From assembly GCA_000091205.1 (NCBI GenBank), contig AP006500.2: a DNA stretch of 64,000 nt. One strand, written 5' to 3'. The position numbers and the translations under genes were made by a program. Positions 41,542 to 52,367 of this stretch are shown here, one piece after another. The notes beneath the pieces were generated by a model. It made no database searches. It saw nothing but the letters and a program-made list of their open reading frames with translations, and was not told where the DNA came from. This DNA is from Cyanidioschyzon merolae. Taxonomy: Eukaryota. The stretch's first letter is position 1, and each line of letters starts with the position of its first letter.

Positions 41542-44352
41542 TTGGCTCGCGGCGTCTTCTATCCAACAGGGATCGAAGAAGCTGGTTGGCTCTCCCTGCT
41601 TGCTATTAGGGTTCCGGAAATGGAAGAAAGACGCAGTGACGTCTTTGATCCCCTGCCGGATCGTAGTCACGCGGCGATCTCGTGGCGAACAGCGGAACCG
41701 CAGACGCCGTCGCCACCGCTGCCAACGGACTTTCCGCGGCCGGTGTCTGCACCGCCCGACTTGGAAGTCCCCGAGCCTTTGCTGCTCGCGTCGTCGGGGA
41801 TCCAACCGAACTGGTTCTCAATCGTGGATATTCGTGCTGATATGGACTATGAATCGTTCTATGATGCTTTTAAGGCGCAAACGAAACTGCCTCCGCCGTT
41901 GGACTCGAGCGTCTTGCGCGGCGACTTTCGAACGGTGCAGCGAGTCCGAAGTCAAAACGAGCGGAGAGAGCACGTATCCATGGACGCTGCGCTGGAACAG
42001 GCGGGTCACGCGTTGGCTGGTCTAGGGGGTACTGGGGGAGCCTCGCTAACGCCGCACTCGTTGGCAGCGTCAAACCGCGGTTATGGCGAGGCGATGCGGT
42101 TCACAGATCCGCACGGGGGGCTCTTAACCATGGAACAAGTTGCGGTCTCGAGCCACGCGGCTCTGGGCAAAGGGCCTGCGTCGCCGGATCAGATGTTATT
42201 CCCCGGAAGCCGAGCCTCACAGATGATGGCAGGGAGCGGCGCGCCTGCAGAGGTATTGCGGCCGGTTGCGAACGCTGGCGCGCTCTTGCGACGCGACGAC
42301 AGTGACGCCTCCGTGGAGAACTTAATTTTCCGTGAAACGCTCAAATACGCCCGACAACTGGACAGGGAGAGTTCGGAAAGCGATCTGAGCACGACCGCGG
42401 AGCGGCGGATAACCGGCTCTGCGACCCAGACAACGAACGCTGCTATATATCATGAGGCGGATCGGCGACTCTGGCAAGCACCGCTCGTCGCTACCACGGT
42501 GCTTTACTCGTCCACGAAGCCGCATCCTGACACTAACGACAATGCGCTCGCACAGAAGGCTGTAGGCTTGGCGGGCACTCAGGATACGGACGGCACAAAA
42601 AATCACGCCGCAGCAACAGCAGCTGCTGCGAGCGCTCCCTCTCATATTTCCGACAACAGCGCAGGTGCAGGTCGTATCCCAAGTGGTGGTACCGGCTGTG
42701 AAGCCGGCGAACGATACGAGGAGCGCAGCTCGCCCCGATCGCGGAACGAACTCGCTGCTGGCATCCAGCGGGGCGTACCGTCGCGTTCGCAGACTCCATC
42801 GATGGCTGCTATTGCAGCCGTGAGTCCGCCCGTTGCCACGATCACCCCGGGGAGTTGTGCAGCAACCTCCGTCGTGCCGCGCATCCCAGTGACGACCTCC
42901 ACGATGGGCGCTCAAGTGGCTCAGACATCCACCCTGATGCCAGCCTGGACAGAAGCTGTTGCGCCAGTCCAGAGTATGGAGAATAGTGGCGCCTTTGACA
43001 TTCGGGATATTCGCGCTCCGCTACCGCACCCGGGTGCCGAGCATCTGCCGAAAAAACCATGGAGCACACGCGGGCGTCCCCGTCGAGCTCCGCGAAACAC
43101 AGCCCGTAGCAGCATTTATCTGGGGCAACATCAAGCGATGCCGTCTCAAGAGCTGCCTGTTGGACTCGATGCTGCGGCTTCTGGTCACCAACCGCATCAT
43201 CCTGAGCTTGTCTCGTTCAAGAGTGCTGCTCTTGCGGCATCCATTCCGACAAACACAGCGCCTGACGGGGCCTTGAGTGACGCGTCTGCCCCGCTCTCTT
43301 GCTTTGCTGGGCGTATGGCGCTGATGGCTCGGGATCAACAGGGAGGCCGCTACCTCCAGGCGCGTCTCGATGTCAAGAATGCTGCAGACACGGCGCTTAT
43401 TTTCGAGGAGTGTCGACCGCATTTCGTGGAGCTTGCGATGGATCCTTTTGGGAACTATCTATGTCAGAAACTCTTCGAGCACTGCAACCGCGAGCAACGG
43501 CTAGAGCTCATTCGACAGAGTGCATCGCAGCTGGCTCAGGTTTGTATGGACCCGCATGGAACTCGCGTTGTGCAGAAAATGATCGAGCTTACCGTTGAAC
43601 CTGAGCACGCCGCACTCATCGCCCAGGCCATCTCGCCGCACTGCCTATCGCTGATGTGTGACGTGAATGGAAATCACGTCATTCAGCGATGCTTACAGAG
43701 AATGGATGTCCCGTTGAGACGCTTTATCTACGACACCGCCCTCACGCGTTATCTGGAAATCGCGAGGCATCGACACGGCTGCTGTGTACTGCAGCGTTGC
43801 CTCGATCACGCGACGGCGGAACAGCGCAGCAACCTCTGCGCCCTGATTCTGAACAGTGCCTATGAACTGATGCAAGACCCGTTCGGCAACTACGTCGTAC
43901 AGTACGTGTTAGAGCTCAAGGAGCCGTCGTATACGAGGGCAATCATTCAACGCATTCGTGGCCACCTTTGGCAGCTTTCCATGCAAAAGTTTAGCTCGAA
44001 CGTGGTAGAGAAAGTCTTCACGATGGCGAACGAGCGAGACCTGCGATCACTGCTTCACGAGCTTTTAGAAGGCCCACAGTCGGTCGAGAGCATGCCGCTA
44101 CAGGTCGGCTCCGAGCAGCACCAACGAAATATACGACCCCTGCTTTTCGATCCGTATGCAAACTACGTCGTTCAGCGGGCGCTTTCGCTGGCGCCCTCAC
44201 CCGTGTTTGAAGCGTTGCGGGAAGCGATTCAACCGCACCTGGCGGAGCTGCGCGGCACACCCTTCGGGAAACGTATTCAAGCTCGCCTCTCACGGACGCC
44301 TTTGCGGACCGGTTCAGCGGTGACGTCCGCGAACGGCTCCAAACGACTCTAG
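41542..44352 (+). CDS. Pumilio/PUF-family RNA-binding protein with eight PUF repeats at the C-terminus.
   Basis: PUF repeats include FGNYLCQKLFEHC, DPHGTRVVQKMIE, DVNGNHVIQRCLQ, HRHGCCVLQRCLDH, DPFGNYVVQYVLEL, QKFSSNVVEKVF and DPYANYVVQRALS. The N-terminal ~550 aa is low complexity. The start may be the Met at 41617 (MEERRSDV). Confidence 0.9.
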   Translation: MARGVFYPTGIEEAGWLSLLAIRVPEMEERRSDVFDPLPDRSHAAISWRTAEPQTPSPPLPTDFPRPVSAPPDLEVPEPLLLASSGIQPNWFSIVDIRADMDYESFYDAFKAQTKLPPPLDSSVLRGDFRTVQRVRSQNERREHVSMDAALEQAGHALAGLGGTGGASLTPHSLAASNRGYGEAMRFTDPHGGLLTMEQVAVSSHAALGKGPASPDQMLFPGSRASQMMAGSGAPAEVLRPVANAGALLRRDDSDASVENLIFRETLKYARQLDRESSESDLSTTAERRITGSATQTTNAAIYHEADRRLWQAPLVATTVLYSSTKPHPDTNDNALAQKAVGLAGTQDTDGTKNHAAATAAAASAPSHISDNSAGAGRIPSGGTGCEAGERYEERSSPRSRNELAAGIQRGVPSRSQTPSMAAIAAVSPPVATITPGSCAATSVVPRIPVTTSTMGAQVAQTSTLMPAWTEAVAPVQSMENSGAFDIRDIRAPLPHPGAEHLPKKPWSTRGRPRRAPRNTARSSIYLGQHQAMPSQELPVGLDAAASGHQPHHPELVSFKSAALAASIPTNTAPDGALSDASAPLSCFAGRMALMARDQQGGRYLQARLDVKNAADTALIFEECRPHFVELAMDPFGNYLCQKLFEHCNREQRLELIRQSASQLAQVCMDPHGTRVVQKMIELTVEPEHAALIAQAISPHCLSLMCDVNGNHVIQRCLQRMDVPLRRFIYDTALTRYLEIARHRHGCCVLQRCLDHATAEQRSNLCALILNSAYELMQDPFGNYVVQYVLELKEPSYTRAIIQRIRGHLWQLSMQKFSSNVVEKVFTMANERDLRSLLHELLEGPQSVESMPLQVGSEQHQRNIRPLLFDPYANYVVQRALSLAPSPVFEALREAIQPHLAELRGTPFGKRIQARLSRTPLRTGSAVTSANGSKRL

Positions 44353-45968
44353 CAAGCACATAAAAGCAGCTTGCAGCGCTGTCGTGCGGACGCTGGACAT
44401 GGCGCAGCAGCGTCACTTGGGAGTTCTGGACGTGCTTCGGAGACAGTTGACCGCGGCAGTGCCGGTTTCCAAGAACAGAGGGCGAAACCCCGGGACTTGG
44501 GTCGTTTCCGACGCCTTGCTGTTGTTCTTGTTCTTGTTGTTGTTGTTGCTGCTGCTAGATCCATGTCGGAATAGAATAGAACCGGTCCGCTTTGTTCACA
44601 CGGGCATACACGCTGGAATTTGAGCATGTTCTCATGTTCATGAATATGAGGTTTTACGAGCCTCTTATGCGACTGCGTCGCTCTCGCCTCTCGTGTCCTT
44701 GTCTTTGAATACGCGTATCTGTCCTTGACCTCCAGCTCTGTTGCCGGCAGTCGAAAGATCATGACAGCAGCGGTAAAGACTGGGTGACGTCGTTTCCAGC
44801 CGTCGTCGACGCATGTCATGCAAAGGCGCAAGTTGCGATCTACGCTTCGCTCGCTACCGTTAAATTCTTCGCTTTCAGCCTCTGTATGCCCGTCGTAGCA
44901 GTGAAACTCTGCTATGGGTCAGGTGTTCTCATATGAATGCCACGCGTCGTCGGTCTCCTTCAAGGGTCGCCCCCTTGCACGTGAACGCCTGCTTCAGCGC
45001 TCGGCACATGCGCGTGACGCGTGCGCGTGTATGTCCTCGATGCCTCTCTCCGTTTTCGAGCTCGTTGCAGCACCCTGTGATCACTGGCTTCCTCTAGTCG
45101 AATTAAGCAGCGAGTGTTCTGTTTGCTGGGTGGGGAAGCGTATGCCGCTCAATTCTACCAGGGATTTGTGAACAGCGTCGCGTTCCGCAAAGAAACAAAT
45201 ACCAGAAGAAAAATTCTTGCTCGAGAACATGTCGAAAAATCTTGATCTGTTTGCGATTGCTGCGTGCAAAAACGGCGACGCTCTCTCTTTTGAAACCGAT
45301 TGCTCGGATGACTTGAGTCCGAGTCCAAGGGCCTTTACCATGCAAGCAGAAGGGACCGGAGCCGCTGGGAGCAAAGCCGTGACCGGCATCATGCTAATAT
45401 GGAATGCGGTTTCTTTGGTGGCGGGAGGGAGTGGCGGCTTTGCTTTTCGAACGGAATCGATTCTTTGACGTGACAAGTTCCGTAAACTTTCGACATGAGC
45501 TTGAGAAAAAGTCGTCTAGAGACGACGTCGAGTATCTTCTTCGCTTTCTTTCCCGCGGCGCAACTTGCTGGGCCAATGAATTGCCTCGACGTCGAGAAAT
45601 CGAAAACTTGAAAACGCATGCTTTGAGCATACTAAACGGAATGAAAAGGGAATAGGATAGGCTTGTAAGGATGACCGGATGATGATATTGGTTACTTTAC
45701 GAACCATGGTTCCATTGCGTCGCGAATCACCTCGATAACGATGACATGATGAATTCTGGATGCCAAGATTCCGAAGCTTTACTCGGAAGCACAACCAAGA
45801 ATCCAGAAACGATATATGAATCCAAACGGCGTTATTTCTCCAGATTGAACCACATGGCTGCACAAAACTGCGAAAAAAATAGATATACGGGAACAATGCG
45901 TGTACTTTCGTGTTCCATTCATTTCTGATACGGGTGTAGAGGTATGCAGCCTCGGAGACGCTCGACAC
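44353..45968 (-). pseudogene. Degenerate TnpB/Fanzor-like relic, copy c. It abuts the Pumilio stop codon and ends ~60 bp before DR2.
   Basis: The antisense of the dispersed repeat at 45200-45520 gives a RuvC-I-like VKALGLGLKSSEQSVSKERASPF, which is protein-level similar to the IR copies' NGLGYGHESLQRSVSMERASP. ORF 44349..44831(-) begins MRLCMTCVDDGWKRR, a DAGW-like post-RuvC-II motif. ORF 45516..45968(-) is the possible N-terminal part. It is heavily decayed. Confidence 0.4.
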
Positions 45969-46029
45969 GTATGCATATCGTCAAGCGTCGTGCGTGGGCA
46001 CTTACATTGAAAAGAATCTCCGTTGCTTC

Positions 46030-46084
46030 TGCATGTCAATGTACGGTCAGGTATGTCGAATCATGGATCACCACCACCACCACC

Positions 46085-46132
<48 letters not shown>

Positions 46133-49093
46133 GTTCACCAATGGCCCAGGAAAATCATGCCCGGCATACGCATAGGCGGGATGGTAGCATTGCTGAATCG
46201 CCGACTCGTGCCATACCGGTGCCTTGCTCCAGGCGAGCGTTCAACGCACGCTCTCTTGCTCAATCATACTTTTTCGTCGCAAGTCTTCGGCATTTAAACA
46301 CAGTGCCCACACGGAGCACGAATCGATTCGCTTTAAACTTCGCTCGATACATATAGCCGATAGACGCCCCCCAGGCACGAGACTTTTCCGGGTGTTGATC
46401 GAGACGTTCATGGCTCGGAGCGGAGCCTGCGCCCGCACACATGAATTGCGATGGAATCACACCAAAGTGAGCCTGCCAGCTTCATTTGCCTCGCAATATG
46501 ACGTCCGAGGTCCGCTCGCAGTATCCCATGACGGACATTCCAAAGTGAGCCTGCCAGCTTCATTTGCCTCGCAATATGACGTCCGAGGTCCGCTCGCAGT
46601 ATCCCATGACGGACATTCCAAAGTGAGCCTGCCAGCTTCATTTGCCTCGCAATATGACGTCCGAGGTCCGCTCGCAGTATCCCATGACGGACATTCCAAA
46701 GTGAGCCTGCCAGCTTCATTTGCCTCGCAATATGACGTCCGAGGTCCGCTCGCAGTATCCCATGACGGACATTCCAAAGTGAGCCTGCCAGCTTCATTTG
46801 CCTCGCAATATGACGTCCGAGGTCCGCTCGCAGTATCCCATGTCGGACATTCCAAAGTGAGCCTGCCAGCTTCAATTGCTACGCAATACGACGTCCGAGG
46901 TCCGCTCGCAGTATCCCATGTCGGACATTCCAAAGTAAGCCTGCCAGCTTCTATTGCCTCGCAATTTGACGTCCGAGGTCCGCTCGCAGTATCCCATGTC
47001 GGACATTCGGCCCTGTTTCCCAAGTGGCGCTCAACGTAGACGCAGCACGAGCATCCGCACTCGAGCTCCGTCTGCGTCGCCATCTAGTCCTCCACAGGAA
47101 ACGTGCAACATCGATTCCTGCACTCGCTGTACGCACAGGAGTCCAGCGTTTGCGTGCCACAGCACATCCAGCGCCACAGGCTTCCAGCAATCGACGCGAC
47201 CTGTTGGGTACTCCCTTTTCCAACTGGTCCAGGAGCTTTGCGAGTGCGCGCCCCTCGCCTCCGTCCAACCGAGTCCGTTGGTGGCCCCCCAGCGCCGTCT
47301 CACGGAATCCTGCCAAAGGCTGTGCGCATGCGCAGGTCAGACGCTCGTGCGCGCTCTGAGTTAAAGGTGGAAACCCATCCCACGCTGCTCGACACACTGC
47401 TCAGCACGTTCACTTTCAGGTCCTGACGAAGTCATTACGACTCGTACTTCGCCGTATGCCATCCAGGGTGATGCGCGGCTCCCGATCATACCAAGTGCTG
47501 GACGCGCTGGGCAGCTCCGTCTGCTTGCCATTCAGGTCTTGGGCGGCGCCGTCCGCCTCATTTGCATACACGGGGACGACAAGGGCGCTCTTCAACCTCG
47601 GATCCACGCTCCCAACAGCGACTTTCTCCTCGTCTGCCTTGAACAGTTGAAAATGAGCCTCGTTGGTGACCCAGGTCACGCTTTCACGACGCCCATGCGT
47701 ACTGGAGATCCGTCGGTATCCAAAGCCTCGCTACGCGCTGCACGCCATGCCTTCCATGGAGACTAGAAACATCTGAAGAAGCGCCGCCGACGCTTTTCGT
47801 GGACCTGTTCGAGTCCGTCATACTTGCGCGGAGACACCGGATCCTTCTTCGAATACTCCGGTACCTGGCGGAGCAGCACGGACAGCGACGCTTCACTCCG
47901 TATCCGTCTCTTCTTCGGGATCCAGATGCACTGGGTGGACGACGAGCGCCAAGCTCTCCCATACTGTACTTGTATGCACGCTATCCTCTGTGATGCTTTT
48001 CGTGACCTCATGGGTCACGAGCACGCCCACAGAGTGCAGCGTGCGTTTCCGTTCGCTCCCGCGCACGACCAGGGCGCAGCAGCACAGCAGCTCTCGACCC
48101 CTGTGCATAGAAGAGAGTAAAGTCGTGGATTCGTCACACAACGTTGTCTCGGAGGCGAACGACGCATCGACGGATCCGTGAGCGTCCACATGACCTTGGC
48201 GAGCAGACAAGTCGCCCTCGACTGGATGGAGTCGACGAGACCCAGCCCACACTAGGAGCCGTCCACGGCCGTGCGCAGCAGCGTGCGCCTTGGTCGCTTT
48301 TCAGTGGTGATTCGCGACGTCGTAGATTAACAGGACGGTAGAGTACCTGAAGAAGAAGAAGAAGAAGGAGACACAGCAGAAGCCAAGGAGAGTTTCATCG
48401 ACTCGTGAGGCAACAAACGAGCCGGGCTTTCTCGCGAGCTGCAGACCATCGCACCAAAACCCTCTCTGCTGCTAACGCCAACACCGTTCTCACTACGGAT
48501 GGTCTCCTGTTTATGACCAGAAGCTTGCCGCAATTTGAGCTCCCATATATACGCCAAGCATCGCTTCCAAAGAAAGCCCCATCGACTTCGATGAACACCA
48601 GTCCGCCCTGTGATGAGCATTCGCATTGCCGTTCGGAATCGAACGCGTGGTACTCCACTCGCGACAGTCTCCCAGACAGGCGTGCTTGCTTTTCGTCATC
48701 CATCCGCGTCTTTTCGTCCCAGTTCGTATCGACAGCACAGAAACATCACGCCGTTTGGATTTCTCTCGGTAGGACGTCTCAGGGCACGCAAGCTTAGAAA
48801 GCGACTGACGAGGCGACACTCGGGTAGAAAGTGCCGGAAAATTTCCGTTTTCGCTCGACAACGTTCATGATATCGGTGAGGATTCGGTTGGTTCACCCAT
48901 GTGCTGACCGTGGAATGACTGACTTGTACATGTATGAGCTTTTCTTGCGAGCTCGTCCTGGCAGCATCAAGTCTCTCTGCGCCCGTTCTCCAATATCCAG
49001 CGTACACTCCGTCGGATGAAGACCTGCGACATCGATAAACGAAAACACCAGCGTGCTTGCTGGTACAAGGCACCCATGAATTCATGAATCTAA
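46030..49093. repeat. DR2, copy 2 of the ~3.4 kb direct duplication. It has a poly-His (CAC/CAT)n run at 46070-46130 and 7 units of the 78-bp minisatellite at 46460-47010.
   Basis: See DR1. The peptides are near-identical: 46224..47039(+), 46951..47397(-), 47416..47679(-), 48405..48797(+) and others. Confidence 0.9.
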
Positions 49094-49944
49094 GTCTCCG
49101 TAACGACACCAGCTGTGCACAGACATGCAACGACGGGTGCGCAGGGGGAAACCCCGCCTCGCGTAGTGGGCACTGGAAGCTCGCAAGCAGCGCGAGCCCC
49201 ACGTTGCTGTGCTTGTATCGCTTGCGTTGCTCGCAGGTTGTCGTTTATCTTACCAAAGTACGCTGTTTGCACAGCGTGACGCTGATCGCTTATGAGGCAG
49301 CGAGTGCAACATACCACGCACAGGAGAGCAGCGCGTAATGACTCGAAACGACATGATCTCGCGCGTGCGTTGCAAGGGCGTTAAAAACCCGTCGGTCAGC
49401 GCTTTCGAAACAAGGTCTTGGTACTGGCATGCCAGGGTCACTGGTCCTGTGCGCAGCAACCAAGGCATAGCAGTTGCAACTCTACGGGAATGCATCTTTC
49501 GTCTTGAATACCCGAGGATGCTCGCAGCTGGAGAACGTCAGGCATCAGCGCATCGTGTTTCGAGCATGTTTTCCTGGTGCAGAATAGATGCATCGGACGA
49601 AAGGCTTTGTGGAAGCTTATCGTTCTTCGCGTGTCCAGGAAGGACACCTCAACTTCTTGGCAAATACTTTGACGCGTCACACACCTTAAGGCGCCTAGCA
49701 ATACGCCACGCTCCATCGCCTGTGCAATGGCATTCGTGCAGTGACAACGCGCTGAACTGAGAGCGGCGCACCTCCAGGGGCCTGACCTCTCGACGGTTGC
49801 GTCCGAAAAGCGTCCGCTATCAACGTGTGCTGCGATGTCAATGCAGATATCGAGAAGGCTCTGGGCATATCCAAAAAGGAGACGCGCATTTGCTGGTGCT
49901 TTTCATTGTACCTAGTCGATGGAGTCAGAGTGCCCAGTCGCGCT

Positions 49945-51834
49945 CTACGAGAGGAACAGGGATTCGACGGGCTCCCAGTAGCCAGCTTCGCGTTCCCAGG
50001 CGAGCAGACGGTCCACCTCCTCGGCCGATAAGGTTACGCTCTGGTGCGCGCTTTGACGGACACCGGCCACTGTACGTTCGAGCAACTGACGGTAGGTGGC
50101 ACGGTCAGCGAAAAAGTTCACCGGCGGTGGTGCCTGCTGAAATTCCCGGTAGAAATCACGCAACGTGATGAGCGCCATTTCCAGCCACATCTCATCCCGC
50201 TCAACGACGAACAACCGCGCGCCCGCATCAGGTGTCCATGAAATGAAATGGGCTCGCCAGGTATCTGTGCAAAGCATTTGGAGCTGGACCTGGGCAAAAT
50301 GGTTCGCATAGATCAGCCGCTGCGGTGAAACCAAGCGGTAGCGATAGAGCGGACGATCTGTGGCTTCATCCGTTAGTCGCGGGCCGTCAGTCATGTCTCC
50401 TGTTGGGACAAACGGGCAGGGACATTTCACTTCGACGAGTTCGATATCGTGCGACAAGTCGCTCGAAGCAGCCAATGTGTTCGGTTGCGTATCCTGGGTC
50501 CGGGCCTCAGAATGAAGAGGACTGCGCCACCTAAGCAGCGCGTCTGGGCTCGCCGCGATCGTTGGTAACGCTGAAAATTCGTCCAAGTCATAGATGCCTG
50601 CACAGGAGGCCGGCTGCAGCATATGCAGCCCCGCTTCGACAAGCACCAGTTTCGCGAAAGAAGTATTCGTCGCTGTGGACGCCCCGGGAACAAGGCCACG
50701 GTCTGGAGCACCGTCCCCGGGAACAATCGAGTAATAGCAGGATGCTGCATCCGCAGTACGCGCGGATTCGAGGTAGCGCAGCACCGTCAACAGTCCATTC
50801 TGTTCGTGCATTTTCCCCCACTCCATCGAGATCATCGATGCTGGAGAAAAGGTCTCAGCATCGAGTCCCGGCTCGCGCCACTGGCGCCAGGCCTCCAGTG
50901 CAGCTTCACCTCCGCGTCGGAACTGCCATGCCGGCACACACTCCCGCAACCATTCGAGGGTTGCGGGTTCACCGAAACCAAGCGCTTTCCATGCGGACGA
51001 AGCATTCACTCGCATGTGCCGTCGTGCCTCTAGCCACAGCGCCGAGTCCTGTCGGATACGAGTTAGATCCTCTGGACGTTCGATCACGAGCGCCTCAACC
51101 GGGGGCAGCGCCTCGTAGCAGGGATGTCGCCGGAGTTGCTCTCTTGTGATTGCGCAATATGCTAGGTTCGGTTTCGTGCCAGTCGGATCAGGATGGGTCG
51201 TTACTGTGAGCTGGCGCTTCGATGGATGCCCTGGAGCTGGTGCGGACGGCTCGCGGGGCCTCTCATCGTTGACAGATGCCCGTGAGTGTTGTTCGCAATG
51301 ATCCGCAAACCTATCGAGCCGCTCGAGCAGAAGCTGCTTCTGGTTCATGCTGAACTCGAGGTAACGACCTATTGCTGTCCGGTACCGCCAGACAACGGTG
51401 AGAATTTGTTCGGAAAGCACACCTCCGCCGAGTACGGCACTTAGCAAGGCGTCCACCTGGGTTTGGAAGGCCTGGCCGGCGCGCTCGTTCCCCGCATCCA
51501 CAGCTAATCGCTCACATTCGCGACGAACAAGGGTTCGCAGTTTCCGGAAACTCTCCATCACAGGATGCACAGACTGCGGCACGGAAGATTTGATGTATCC
51601 GCCGGATTGTTGGTGGACACACCTGACTGCTCGCCGCTGCAGATAATAGTGGTTCCTACGCGGCTGCGGGAGCGCGGTAACGCAGCGCGATATCTTGTGC
51701 CGTGCAGCAAGACGTCGAGTGCTCGAGCGTTGATGGCACAGGTGCGGCCCAGCCGCGAAACCGCTTGCAGTCTCTAACATCAAGTCACGACCTCGCGGCG
51801 TTTCTCTGATAGAAAACACCTGCGGGTTCAACAC
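49945..51834 (-). CDS. YqaJ-like viral-recombinase-type PD-(D/E)XK exonuclease domain protein of 629 aa with a long N-terminal extension.
   Basis: The YqaJ hallmark motifs appear in order: WLEARRHMRVNASSAWKALG (R...ITAS), MEWGKMHEQNGL (M.G..HE), ELVEVKCPCPF (E[IV]KCP) and YANHFAQVQLQMLCT (Y..QVQ.QM). Confidence 0.7.
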   Translation of the reverse strand: MLNPQVFSIRETPRGRDLMLETASGFAAGPHLCHQRSSTRRLAARHKISRCVTALPQPRRNHYYLQRRAVRCVHQQSGGYIKSSVPQSVHPVMESFRKLRTLVRRECERLAVDAGNERAGQAFQTQVDALLSAVLGGGVLSEQILTVVWRYRTAIGRYLEFSMNQKQLLLERLDRFADHCEQHSRASVNDERPREPSAPAPGHPSKRQLTVTTHPDPTGTKPNLAYCAITREQLRRHPCYEALPPVEALVIERPEDLTRIRQDSALWLEARRHMRVNASSAWKALGFGEPATLEWLRECVPAWQFRRGGEAALEAWRQWREPGLDAETFSPASMISMEWGKMHEQNGLLTVLRYLESARTADAASCYYSIVPGDGAPDRGLVPGASTATNTSFAKLVLVEAGLHMLQPASCAGIYDLDEFSALPTIAASPDALLRWRSPLHSEARTQDTQPNTLAASSDLSHDIELVEVKCPCPFVPTGDMTDGPRLTDEATDRPLYRYRLVSPQRLIYANHFAQVQLQMLCTDTWRAHFISWTPDAGARLFVVERDEMWLEMALITLRDFYREFQQAPPPVNFFADRATYRQLLERTVAGVRQSAHQSVTLSAEEVDRLLAWEREAGYWEPVESLFLS

Positions 51835-52367
51835 AGTCAGAACACGTCCACGGCGCCGCCGGTGTCAATCGCGAGAGCGTAGTTGATTCAAGACGCTTTT
51901 CAGGAGAAAAAAAGCTCACCAAAGTGCTCACGGAGCGTCTGCCGTCACACGCTCGGGTACTCACCAACGAGCGCACGTGTTCTGGTTTGGGAGGTTTCAG
52001 GTGCCCGAGGCAGCAAACACAGGCTCCCTTTGTCCCGTCTCGATGCGCCAGCAACAGTGACGTAGACCAGCGGTCGTCCCTGTTGGACCGATCTTCGTTT
52101 CAAACGATTCGTTTGGAGCACCGTCTCCTCCAAAAGCGCTTCGTATGCGCTTGCCAGCTGCAACGGTAGCGGCAGCGTCGGCCTCGTGTACGCAGGGCAC
52201 GGGACGGCCTTGGTCAAGCAGCTGGGCATGAAATTTGTCTAAACTGGATATACCTGGACTTGGCGGACGCGAGTAGAGGGTTGCGCTTTGGAGGTGGTGC
52301 TCAGTGCGATTCCGTTGGAAGCACGTACCAGTCTCGACGAGCTGGCGTATGGGAGCGTCTCTAGACT

